Below the pieces are notes generated by a model. That model made no database searches and was not told where the DNA came from. It worked only from the letters and a program-made list of their open reading frames with translations. A stretch of DNA of 64,000 nucleotides. Source: Acidobacteriaceae bacterium (GTDB lineage Bacteria > Acidobacteriota > Terriglobia > Terriglobales > Acidobacteriaceae). Numbering within the stretch: position 1 is the stretch's first letter; every line of letters begins with the position of its first letter. The DNA lies in NCBI GenBank assembly GCA_003165075.1, contig PLSM01000094.1, forward strand, positions 40,130-104,129. The letters run 5' to 3'. Positions 55,977 through 64,000 of the stretch are shown here, one piece after another. A program made the translations under genes and the position numbers.

Positions 55977-55984
55977 TCGAAGAA

Positions 55985-56118
55985 CAGCTTCTAGCTGCTA
56001 GCTCTTGGCCTCCAGTTCCGAAGCCTGAGTCCGCAAACAAAGTGCGAATCCGAGAGAGACGCAAGCGCACACGTGTTGCAAGAACAAGCGGGAAGCTGGC
56101 AGCTAGAGGCTGGAAGCT
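55985..56118. repeat. Inverted arrays of 7-nt tandem repeats
   Basis: cagcttc/tagctgc/tagctct/tggcctc/cagttcc, then ggaagct/ggcagct/agaggct/ggaagct. Confidence 0.6.
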
Positions 56119-56139
56119 GTCTTACGAGGAGAGATCGAG

Positions 56140-57372
56140 TTGGATCGATATACCGGGGTGCTGGGGATTTTGGCCGTGTTGGCTGCGGCATGGCTGGGTT
56201 CGACCGATCGCAAGCATATCCGCTGGCGCACGGTGGCTTGGGGACTGGGACTGCAACTGGTGTTCGCCTTCTTTGTGCTGCGCTTCGACTACGGCCAGCG
56301 CGCCATTGCCTGGGCCGGCGACGTGGTCAACAACATGCTGGCCTCGACCGCCGCAGGCACCACGGTGTTGTTTGGCGCGCTAGGCACGCCGCACACTTCG
56401 CTGGGCTCCATCTTCGCCTTCCAGGTGTTGCCGACAATCATCTTCATCTCCGCGTTTTTCGCCGTGCTCTATCACATTGGACTGATGCAGATCATCATTC
56501 GCGGCCTCGCGTGGGTGATGCTGAAGACCATGCGCATCTCGGGCGCAGAGAGCATGAACGTAGCGGCATCGATCTTCATGGGCCAGACCGAAGCGCCGCT
56601 CACTATCCGGCCGTTTCTATCCAAGGCTACGCGCAGCGAATTGATGACGATTATGACCAGCGGCATGGCCCACGTCTCAGGCGGCATCATGGCCATGTAC
56701 ATTGCCCAGGGCGTGGCCGCCAAGCATCTGTTGGCGGCAGTGATCATGACTTCGCCGGGCACCATTCTGATTTCCAAGATGTTGGTGCCGGAGACGGAAG
56801 TGCCGGCCACCGAGGGCAAGGTCGTGATCCCCAGGGACGAGTTGCATAAGGATGAGAACCTGGTGGGCGCCATTGCCCGCGGCACCATTGACGGCGGCAA
56901 GTTGGCCTTCAATGTGGCTATCATGCTGATCAGTTTTCTCGCCCTGGTTGCACTGCTAGACAGTCTTCTGGGCTGGGTCCATTTCCACAACGGGATGCAC
57001 TGGGTTCCGGGCAGCCTGGGGCAGATTCTGGGCTTTGTGTTCGCGCCGGTGGCGTGGCTGATCGGTGTGCCGTGGCACGATTGCGGACTGATCGGCAACC
57101 TGCTTGGCACGCGCATGGCGCTGAATGAAGTGGTGGCCTACATCGCGCTGGGCACGCAGAGGGCCGCGCTCTCTCCGCGCTCGTTTACCATTGCCACCTT
57201 TGCGCTGTGCGGGTTTGCCAATCTCGGGTCGATCGGGATGCAGATCGGGGGCATTGGTGCGCTGGTGCCGGAGCGGCGCAACGAACTGGCCAGACTCGGT
57301 GTGCGCGCCATGCTGGCGGGTACCATGGCTAACCTGATCTCCGCGTCGATCGCGGGGATGTTTCTGGGATAG
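56140..57372 (+). CDS. nupC: CNT family nucleoside transporter (NupC)
   Basis: IFMGQTEAPL, FALCGFAN motifs. Confidence 0.92.
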   Translation: MDRYTGVLGILAVLAAAWLGSTDRKHIRWRTVAWGLGLQLVFAFFVLRFDYGQRAIAWAGDVVNNMLASTAAGTTVLFGALGTPHTSLGSIFAFQVLPTIIFISAFFAVLYHIGLMQIIIRGLAWVMLKTMRISGAESMNVAASIFMGQTEAPLTIRPFLSKATRSELMTIMTSGMAHVSGGIMAMYIAQGVAAKHLLAAVIMTSPGTILISKMLVPETEVPATEGKVVIPRDELHKDENLVGAIARGTIDGGKLAFNVAIMLISFLALVALLDSLLGWVHFHNGMHWVPGSLGQILGFVFAPVAWLIGVPWHDCGLIGNLLGTRMALNEVVAYIALGTQRAALSPRSFTIATFALCGFANLGSIGMQIGGIGALVPERRNELARLGVRAMLAGTMANLISASIAGMFLG

Positions 57373-57565
57373 ATACTTTGAGGCTAACTTCCTCCGAGCA
57401 ACTTACTAAGTTGACTTAGCAGCCATAGGAGATTTGGCGGGACCTGCAAGACACGAAATGAACGCACTTACCGACTTACGTTCATTTAGGGGCAGGCAGC
57501 GCCTTGACACGGACGGGCATCCCAATGGGCATAACGGCCAACCGTAATCGATTGGAGATCGTGCG

Positions 57566-58660
57566 ATGAAAACATATCGAATCGCCATGGTGCCAGGCGA
57601 TGGAATCGGGAAGGAAGTTATTCCCGCCGGGCAAAGAGTATTGGAAGCGCTTGCCGCCGCGGAGAGTTCCTTCCAATTCGAATTTGAGAACTTTGCGTGG
57701 GGCGGCGACTACTACCGCCAGCATGGCGAGATGATGCCCGCCAATGGGCTCGACGCGTTGCGCGCCAAGGACGCCATTCTCTTCGGCTCTGCAGGGGACC
57801 CGCACATTCCCGACCACATTACGCTCTGGGGTCTGCGGCTGAAAATATGCCAGGGCCTCGACCAGTACGCTAACGTGCGCCCGACGCGCATTCTTCCCGG
57901 AATCGACGCGCCATTGAAGCGCTGCAGAGCGGAAGACTTGAATTGGGTCATCGTGCGCGAGAATACCGAGGGCGAGTACTCCGGCGCCGGCGGCCGCGTG
58001 CACCAGGGACTCCCCATCGAGGTGGCCACCGATCTATCGGTGATGACGCACGCAGGGGTGGAGCGCATTCAGCGATTTGGCTTTCGACTGGCACAATCGC
58101 GTCCGCGCAAACTGCTGACGCTGGTGACCAAGAGCAACGCGCAGCGCCACGCCATGGTGATGTGGGACGAAATTGCGGCGCAAGTGGCCAGGGAGTTTCC
58201 CGATGTGACGTGGGACAAGGAAATGGTGGATGCCGCGACAGCGCGCATGGTGAACCGGCCGGCATCGCTCGACACCATTGTGGCCACCAATCTGCACGCA
58301 GATATATTGAGCGACCTGGCCGCCGCGCTGGCTGGAAGCCTGGGCATCGGACCCACCGCCAACATCAACCCCGAACGCGTCTACCCGTCGATGTTCGAGC
58401 CCATTCACGGATCGGCATTCGACATCATGGGCAAAGGACTGGCCAACCCGGTGGGCACTTTTTGGTCGGTGGTAATGATGCTGGAGCACCTGGGTCAGAT
58501 GGACGCCGCACGGCGAGTGATGCAGGCCATCGAACACGTGACAGCGAATCCCAGGCTGCACACGCGCGACCTGGGTGGCACAGCGACAACGGCCGAGGTC
58601 ACCGCAGCAGTGTGCGCAGAGATTGGCGCCACTGCCGGGAAGCCTTTAACTACCGTCTAA
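57566..58660 (+). CDS. Tartrate dehydrogenase / D-malate dehydrogenase (decarboxylating)
   Basis: PGDGIG, RENTEGEY, KSNAQRH, EPIHGSAFDI motifs. Confidence 0.88.
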   Translation: MKTYRIAMVPGDGIGKEVIPAGQRVLEALAAAESSFQFEFENFAWGGDYYRQHGEMMPANGLDALRAKDAILFGSAGDPHIPDHITLWGLRLKICQGLDQYANVRPTRILPGIDAPLKRCRAEDLNWVIVRENTEGEYSGAGGRVHQGLPIEVATDLSVMTHAGVERIQRFGFRLAQSRPRKLLTLVTKSNAQRHAMVMWDEIAAQVAREFPDVTWDKEMVDAATARMVNRPASLDTIVATNLHADILSDLAAALAGSLGIGPTANINPERVYPSMFEPIHGSAFDIMGKGLANPVGTFWSVVMMLEHLGQMDAARRVMQAIEHVTANPRLHTRDLGGTATTAEVTAAVCAEIGATAGKPLTTV

Positions 58661-58670
58661 GCAGGCGCGC

Positions 58671-59978
58671 ATGATTCTCGACCTGGAAACCCGGGTAGTG
58701 CGCAAGCTGATGCGCCGCATCCTTCCCTTTGTGATGCTGTTGTATTTCGTCAGCTTTCTCGACCGGGTAAATGTTGGGTTCGCTGCATTCAGCATGAATA
58801 AGGCAATCGGCCTGACCCCGGCGACGTTCGGCTTCGGCGGGGGTATCTTCTTTGTCGGTTACTTTCTGTTCGAGGTACCGTCGAATTTGATTCTCTATCG
58901 CGTCGGCGCCCGTTTGTGGATTGCGCGGGTCATGCTGAGTTGGGGCCTGGTGTCGGCGGCCTGCGCCTTCGCCACCGGCCCGCGCAGTTTTTACGCGTTG
59001 CGTTTTCTACTCGGCGCCGCGGAGGCGGGCTTCTTCCCTGGCGTGATCTATTACCTCAGCCAGTGGTTCCCCGTCCGGCAGCGAGCCGTGGCCGTAGCCG
59101 CATTCATGGTGGCCGCGCCCTTGTCGATCACCATCGGCTCGCCGATTTCGGGAGCGCTGATGGAGCTTCCAACCATCGCCGGCCTAAGTAACTGGCAGTG
59201 GCTCTACATACTGGAAGCATTGCCCGCAATTGTGCTCGGATTCGTAGTCCTGTGGGTGCTCAGCGATAGCCCTGAGAACGCGAAGTGGCTGGAGCCGGAT
59301 GAACGCGCGTGGCTGGCGGCCACGTTGCAGGCCGAGAACGCTGAGAGCCGCTCCCGTACCGGACATCACCAGACTGTGTGGGCTGCGCTGTGGGATCCGC
59401 GCGTTCTCGTGCTGGCGCTCATTTACTCCGGAACCTCCGCGGGACTGTACGCCGTGGGCCTGTGGGCTCCGCTGATTGTGCGGCAGTTCGGTTATTCGCC
59501 ATTAGCCACGGGATGGCTGAATGCGGTGCCGGGCGTGGTGGCAATTGCCGCCATGATTGCGTGGGCGCGGCACTCCGACCGCACGCTGGACCACGCCTGG
59601 CATGTGGCGATTCCCTGCCTCGCCGCGGGCATCGGTTTTGTCTGGGGCGGGATCGCGCACTCGATCATAGGCGTAATTCTGGCGCTGACGTTGATGACCG
59701 TGGGCAGCAACGCGGCCAAGCCTCCGCTGTGGGCCATGCCCAGCCTGTTTCTGTCTGGCGCCGGCGCGGCGGCGGGGATTGCCTGGATTAACTCCCTGGG
59801 GAATCTGGGTGGGTTCGTGGGTCCGTTCCTTATCGGCTGGCTCAAAGACCGGTGGGGCAGCTACGCGGGCGGATTGTATGCTGTGGGCGTCATGCTCGCC
59901 CTCTCCGCGGCGGTGATGCTGGCGCTCAGCTCTCACACCGCCCGGCACGCACGCGCCGCACGCGATAGAGAAGCGTGA
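58671..59978 (+). CDS. MFS tartrate transporter (TtuB-like, ACS family)
   Basis: LDRVNVGFA, EVPSN, AEAGFFPG, NSLGNLGGFVGP motifs. Confidence 0.88.
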   Translation: MILDLETRVVRKLMRRILPFVMLLYFVSFLDRVNVGFAAFSMNKAIGLTPATFGFGGGIFFVGYFLFEVPSNLILYRVGARLWIARVMLSWGLVSAACAFATGPRSFYALRFLLGAAEAGFFPGVIYYLSQWFPVRQRAVAVAAFMVAAPLSITIGSPISGALMELPTIAGLSNWQWLYILEALPAIVLGFVVLWVLSDSPENAKWLEPDERAWLAATLQAENAESRSRTGHHQTVWAALWDPRVLVLALIYSGTSAGLYAVGLWAPLIVRQFGYSPLATGWLNAVPGVVAIAAMIAWARHSDRTLDHAWHVAIPCLAAGIGFVWGGIAHSIIGVILALTLMTVGSNAAKPPLWAMPSLFLSGAGAAAGIAWINSLGNLGGFVGPFLIGWLKDRWGSYAGGLYAVGVMLALSAAVMLALSSHTARHARAARDREA

Positions 59979-60216
59979 GTGCGGTGACCGTTCCGCAACT
60001 AAGCAGACTGGCCGCCATGCCCAGAATCAGCGAGAGGTCTTGCTGGTAGAGCCCGTGGACGATGCCGATAGCCTGCAAAACGCTGAAGCCGCCAAAGGTG
60101 ATCAGTGAGATGCCTTCATCGCTTTTTTTGCGCCACACGGCCAGCACCTGGGGCACAAAGAGCAGGGCGTTGCACACGAGGCCTAGTCCGAAGATCACGG
60201 CGACAATCTGCTTCAT
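59926..60216 (-). CDS. PQ-loop / SemiSWEET-like small transporter
   Basis: FVPQVLAVWRKKSDEGIS PQ-loop; three TM helices. Confidence 0.75.
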   Translation of the reverse strand: MKQIVAVIFGLGLVCNALLFVPQVLAVWRKKSDEGISLITFGGFSVLQAIGIVHGLYQQDLSLILGMAASLLSCGTVTALTLLYRVRRVRAGRCES

Positions 60217-60249
60217 TGCTTGATTCTCCCACGGCGTTCCGCACCTGGC

Positions 60250-60519
60250 TCAGGCACGGAATCTTGCCAGTCCACGCGCTTTCGCCTTGACTGCTTCTTC
60301 TTCGCGGCTTCTGGGTGGCGCATTGGTCTCCAGCGAGGCAAGCAGGCGCGCGGAGATGGCAGCGACCTGATCCACGGCGGCCAGGAATGCGCCTTCATTG
60401 GCCTTCGACGGCTTGTTGAAGCCGCTGATCTTGCGCACAAACTGGAGCGAGGCAGCACGAATCTCTTCGTCGGTTACGGGCGGATCGAAGTTGAACAGCA
60501 TTTTGATGTTGCGGCACAC
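60250..60519 (-). CDS. DUF2277-like protein
   Basis: CRNIKMLFNFDPP...AASLQFVRKISG motif; GGAGG RBS before GTG. Confidence 0.8.
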   Translation of the reverse strand: MCRNIKMLFNFDPPVTDEEIRAASLQFVRKISGFNKPSKANEGAFLAAVDQVAAISARLLASLETNAPPRSREEEAVKAKARGLARFRA

Positions 60520-60711
60520 TGTGAAGGACCTCCGTTGTAATTCTGATGCCCCAAGGCTCAAACCCGCCCACTTTCTTCATCGTCTCACTCGCACCGATGC
60601 GGCAACCCGGCAGGGTCTTGGACTTCCTGCCCGTGGCTCCGTCCCGATGAATCTCTCGTCACAGATGGGCACATTCCTGGTTTGTTATTCTGTCGCGTGC
60701 CATACGAACGC

Positions 60712-61422
60712 ATGACCTATCCACCTTACGACGTGCCGCTTGCGGAGGCATATGGCAGCCGCTTCGAATCCGTCTACGTGATCCTTCACCCATTCGTAAG
60801 CGTGCCGGACGCACTTGCCTGGCGGACTACCAGGCAATATCCGAGCGATGAGCACATCGCGGATGCAGGTGAGAAATGCACGTGGGCCCGTGTCGCCGCC
60901 AAGACCGGTTTGCACACCTGCGCAAAATTGAATCAGGCGATGCTGACGACAATACGATCGATCAAAGAAGAGCTATGCGATCTTCAGGCGAGCAAAGTGC
61001 TCAACGGTTTTCTGGAATCGGAATCTGTCTGGATGCCCACCGAGGGCAGATTCGAGCCCCTGCTGCAGATGGATTTCCTTAGTGCATTCGAAAGTCCTGG
61101 GCAAAAAGAACTGATCTTTGTCCCGGAATTTCCGGGCATCGATAGAACACAGCGGCTCGATGTGGCGAAGCTCAGAAGCCGCGCCGAGTCCTTTCCAGAT
61201 CGCGGCAGTCTGGTGGCGCCGGATGAATCGTTTCTGCTGACGGTGGACTGGGACAGCTTTTTTACGCTCTTCTATGGCCGTCGCGAATTCGTGACAGAAG
61301 TGGTTCGCCGGCAAAATCTGGAAGGCTTCTTTGCCACTGCAACTACCGAGCACTTCTGGTTCAATTATTCGCTGGGATGTTCTGCGGTTACGATTTATCC
61401 GGACAGTTGGACGGCTGGCTGA
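60712..61422 (+). CDS. Hypothetical protein, DUF2711-like
   Basis: VILHPF and VDWDSFFT motifs (recalled resemblance only). Confidence 0.55.
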   Translation: MTYPPYDVPLAEAYGSRFESVYVILHPFVSVPDALAWRTTRQYPSDEHIADAGEKCTWARVAAKTGLHTCAKLNQAMLTTIRSIKEELCDLQASKVLNGFLESESVWMPTEGRFEPLLQMDFLSAFESPGQKELIFVPEFPGIDRTQRLDVAKLRSRAESFPDRGSLVAPDESFLLTVDWDSFFTLFYGRREFVTEVVRRQNLEGFFATATTEHFWFNYSLGCSAVTIYPDSWTAG

Positions 61423-61492
61423 GGTCAATTCCTTCCTCCCGTCGGATGGCTGCGCCTGTAGAATCTTGAGAATGCAAGGGTAAGGCTTACCT

Positions 61493-62356
61493 ATGACGTA
61501 CTTTGACCAAGTGAAAGAAGCGGCTGATTTCCTGCGCGGCAAGCTGGGCGAGCTGACACCCCATGTGGGCATTGTGCTGGGGTCCGGGCTGGGCACGCCG
61601 GCCGAAGCCGTGACTGAAGCGGTGACTGTGCCCTACGGCGAGATTCCGCACTTTCCGCAATCCACCGTGGAAGGCCACTCGGGACGGCTGGTGGCAGGCC
61701 GGTTTGGCGGCGCGCAGGTGGTCATACTGCAAGGACGGGTTCACTTCTACGAAGGCTACGCGCCCGCCCAGGTCACCTTTCCCATGCGCGTGTTGGGGGC
61801 GCTGGGAGTGCGCGCCGTGATCCTGACCAACGCGGCTGGGGGCATTGACGAGGGCTACCGCGTGGGCCAGTTTGTGGTCTTAGCCGACCACATCAACATG
61901 ATGGGCTGGAACCCTCTGGATGGGCCTAACGAGCCGCGTTTTAGTTTTCTGCCGGGCGCGGGGTTGCGCTTTACCGACATGTCGGAGGCCTACAGCAAAC
62001 GGCTCCGCGAGATGGCCCAGCGGGCCGCCGTGGACGAGGGAATCACGCTCGAGGAGGGCGTGTACCTGGCTGTCACAGGACCCAGCTTTGAGACGCCTGC
62101 GGAGATTCGGGCCTATCGCACATTAGGGGCCACGCTGGTGGGCATGTCCACCGTGCCGGAGACGATTGTGGCGCGGCATATGGGGCTGGAGGTGCTGGGC
62201 ATCTCGTGTGTGACCAACCTGGCCGCGGGGCTGAGCCCGATGCGGCTGAGTCACCAGGATGTGTATGAGGCGGGGCGCCTGGTGGAACGCCGGCTGCGGA
62301 GCCTGCTTGAGCGGCTGGCGGTCTGGATCGCGACCCTGGTGGAAGCGGAGTTGTGA
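61493..62356 (+). CDS. punA: Purine-nucleoside phosphorylase (trimeric, PNP I)
   Basis: GIVLGSGLG, GRVHFYEG, GPSFETPAE, VGMSTVPE motifs. Confidence 0.92.
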   Translation: MTYFDQVKEAADFLRGKLGELTPHVGIVLGSGLGTPAEAVTEAVTVPYGEIPHFPQSTVEGHSGRLVAGRFGGAQVVILQGRVHFYEGYAPAQVTFPMRVLGALGVRAVILTNAAGGIDEGYRVGQFVVLADHINMMGWNPLDGPNEPRFSFLPGAGLRFTDMSEAYSKRLREMAQRAAVDEGITLEEGVYLAVTGPSFETPAEIRAYRTLGATLVGMSTVPETIVARHMGLEVLGISCVTNLAAGLSPMRLSHQDVYEAGRLVERRLRSLLERLAVWIATLVEAEL

Positions 62357-63006
62357 GCGAAGGCGCACGGGCACGGTTGCCCTTTCCGCCCGTGGTATTG
62401 GGGATCGCGGGAGCCTCTGGCTCGGGAAAGACGACGCTGGCCATGGAGCTGGCTCGTGAATTGGAAGGTCTCCACTTTCCTCTCGACAACTACTACCGCG
62501 ACCTTTCGCATTTACCCATGGAGGAGCGGGCACGGCAGAACTTTGACCACCCCGACCTGATCGAGAGCGAGCTTCTGGCGGCAGACGTGGCGGCGCTGGC
62601 CAAAGGGCGTCCGGTTGAGCGCCCACGCTACGATTTCTCCACCTACATCCGGATTGCAGGCAAGACAGATACCGTGCGCGCCGGCGCTTTTGTGCTGGTC
62701 GAGGGATTGTTTGCGCTGTGTTATCCCGCGCTGCTGCCGCTCTACCAGCTTCGTGTGTATGTGGATACGCCGGACGAACTGTGCTTTGACCGACGGCTGA
62801 AGCGGGATATGGAGGAGCGTGGACGGACAGCAGAGTCGGTGAGGCGGCAGTATGAGCAGACGGTGCGCCCGGCGAGCGAGAGATATGTGCGGCCTTCCGC
62901 GGTCCACGCCGATTTAAATCTGGATGGCGCCGCAGCCCTGGACTGGAAAGTGGAACAGGTGCTGGCGGAGATGCGTCGACGGGGATTGCAGCGGTGGAAG
63001 GGGTAA
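62353..63006 (+). CDS. udk: Uridine kinase
   Basis: GASGSGKTT, NFDHP, VEG and RRLKRD motifs. Confidence 0.88.
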   Translation: MSEGARARLPFPPVVLGIAGASGSGKTTLAMELARELEGLHFPLDNYYRDLSHLPMEERARQNFDHPDLIESELLAADVAALAKGRPVERPRYDFSTYIRIAGKTDTVRAGAFVLVEGLFALCYPALLPLYQLRVYVDTPDELCFDRRLKRDMEERGRTAESVRRQYEQTVRPASERYVRPSAVHADLNLDGAAALDWKVEQVLAEMRRRGLQRWKG

Positions 63007-63113
63007 CTGGGGTTTTGACCCGGAGGCCACAGAAACGAGATCAGACGCCAGGAGAGATTAAGGACCTATGGAAGATTGCCGATAGACATGGATAGAGAAG
63101 ACTTACGGCATTA

Positions 63114-63157
63114 TCCCACGTTCGTTGGGGCCGAATGCGCAGAAGGTGGGACATCGG
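63114..63157. repeat. REP-like hairpin
   Basis: tcccacgttc...gaaggtggga followed by catcgg. Confidence 0.5.
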
Positions 63158-63258
63158 AATTTCCCAATTGAGACTATGGTCAATGTACGTGCCCAATTTG
63201 GTACGTTCACTGAAGTTTTACAGGACGTCCAACATACGTTGTCCTACGTACAGTTAAG

Positions 63259-63723
63259 GTGAAAGCAATGATGAGCAGGTGGCTGGAATCGGGGAAGCAG
63301 CGGGTGGCTCAGTGGCTGCGGCAGGGTATCTCGCCGCAGCGCTTGGCGCTGACGCTGGCCCTGGGATTCGCCATCGGCTGCTTCCCCGTGGTGGGCGTTC
63401 CCACGGCGGCCTGCGCGGTGGTGGCGTTGGCTCTCAAGCTGAATCAGCCCGCAATTCAGGCAGCCAATTATGTGGCTATGCCTCTGCAAGTGGCGCTGAT
63501 TGTGCCCTTTGTGCGCATGGGCGGATGGTTGTTCACCGGCACTTCCAGCCCGGCGCTCACGGCAGGATCGAACCTGCAAACGCTGACGCATTTTGTGAGC
63601 ATGACGGGTGGAGCACTGGTGGCGTGGCTTGTATTTGCCGGACCGGCCGTAGCGTTAATGACACTGGCGCTAACGATGGTCTTTCGCCGCATCCCGGCGC
63701 TGGCAGCAGAAGCTGGGGACTGA
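63259..63723 (+). CDS. DUF2062-like membrane protein
   Basis: SPQRLALTLALGFAIGCFPVVG...LNQPAIQAANY motif. Confidence 0.78.
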   Translation: MKAMMSRWLESGKQRVAQWLRQGISPQRLALTLALGFAIGCFPVVGVPTAACAVVALALKLNQPAIQAANYVAMPLQVALIVPFVRMGGWLFTGTSSPALTAGSNLQTLTHFVSMTGGALVAWLVFAGPAVALMTLALTMVFRRIPALAAEAGD

Positions 63724-63833
63724 ATAAGCCTGGATCCATAAAGAGCGCCCACCCGATTCCCAGCCAGTTTGAAGGCGCTTTTTTCCCCTCAGCAGGATCT
63801 CGCGTTTGCCCTGCCCCTCAAACCGAAGACAGA

Positions 63834-64000
63834 CTATTTGTCTCCGTGGGGATTGGGAACGGGCTTCGCGCTTTCCAGCCATGCGGTGTAGATCATGTCG
63901 CGCAACATGCTGGCGCCCGCGGCCAGCCGTGCGGCGGTAAAGTCCCGCGACTCGGCCGATCCTGCCCCCACGAATCCGCCCGCCTTCTCCAACTGGTAGA
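63834..64000 (-). CDS. C-terminal end of an S1/P1 nuclease-like protein (partial)
   Basis: Manual translation YQLEKAGGF...RLAAGASMLRDMIYTAWLESAKPVP. Confidence 0.6.
   Translation of the reverse strand, partial: YQLEKAGGFVGAGSAESRDFTAARLAAGASMLRDMIYTAWLESAKPVPNPHGDK

Noticed and set aside
1-64000. tRNA, rRNA, transposase or integrase genes
   Set aside because: No cloverleaf/CCA-type sequence, rRNA signature or DDE, HUH or tyrosine-recombinase motif was recognised; a short degenerate one could have been missed by eye.

Overview
A GC-rich bacterial chromosome segment. Gene content (Oar-like TonB-dependent transporter, PilZ proteins, atypical NarL-type regulator, characteristic REP-like palindromes) suggests Acidobacteriota; this is an inference. 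Most of the window is ordinary metabolism: a polyol/sugar uptake and catabolism operon (1-6442), USP/Crp stress genes, GH20, xylB, TetR/MFS, pta, dps, phoU, an Aas-like acyl ligase, nucleoside salvage (cdd, pdp, nupC, punA, udk) and tartrate genes. No rRNA, tRNA, CRISPR array or transposase/integrase was found; a probable 6S RNA lies at about 16852-16988. Five things stand out. (1) An accessory minus-strand operon (13368-16163) encodes a wHTH protein, a HEPN-motif (RNSAAH) protein and two membrane proteins, plus three unannotated tandem proline-rich micropeptides sharing GY[TV]PP[RK]xPPPPP. (2) A hidden 44-aa secreted peptide precursor lies directly upstream of a 7-TM protein, near an ATP-grasp ligase and a PilZ plus pseudo-receiver LuxR pair, which looks like a peptide signalling module. 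(3) Three tandem PilZ/Abi-alpha-like fusion genes share a promoter element at the same distance from their starts. (4) Two diverged ~450-nt non-coding repeats in inverted orientation carry conserved hairpins and G-tract ends. (5) Palindromic DNA is inserted in-frame inside protein-coding genes. All family assignments are by motif recognition, without database searches.
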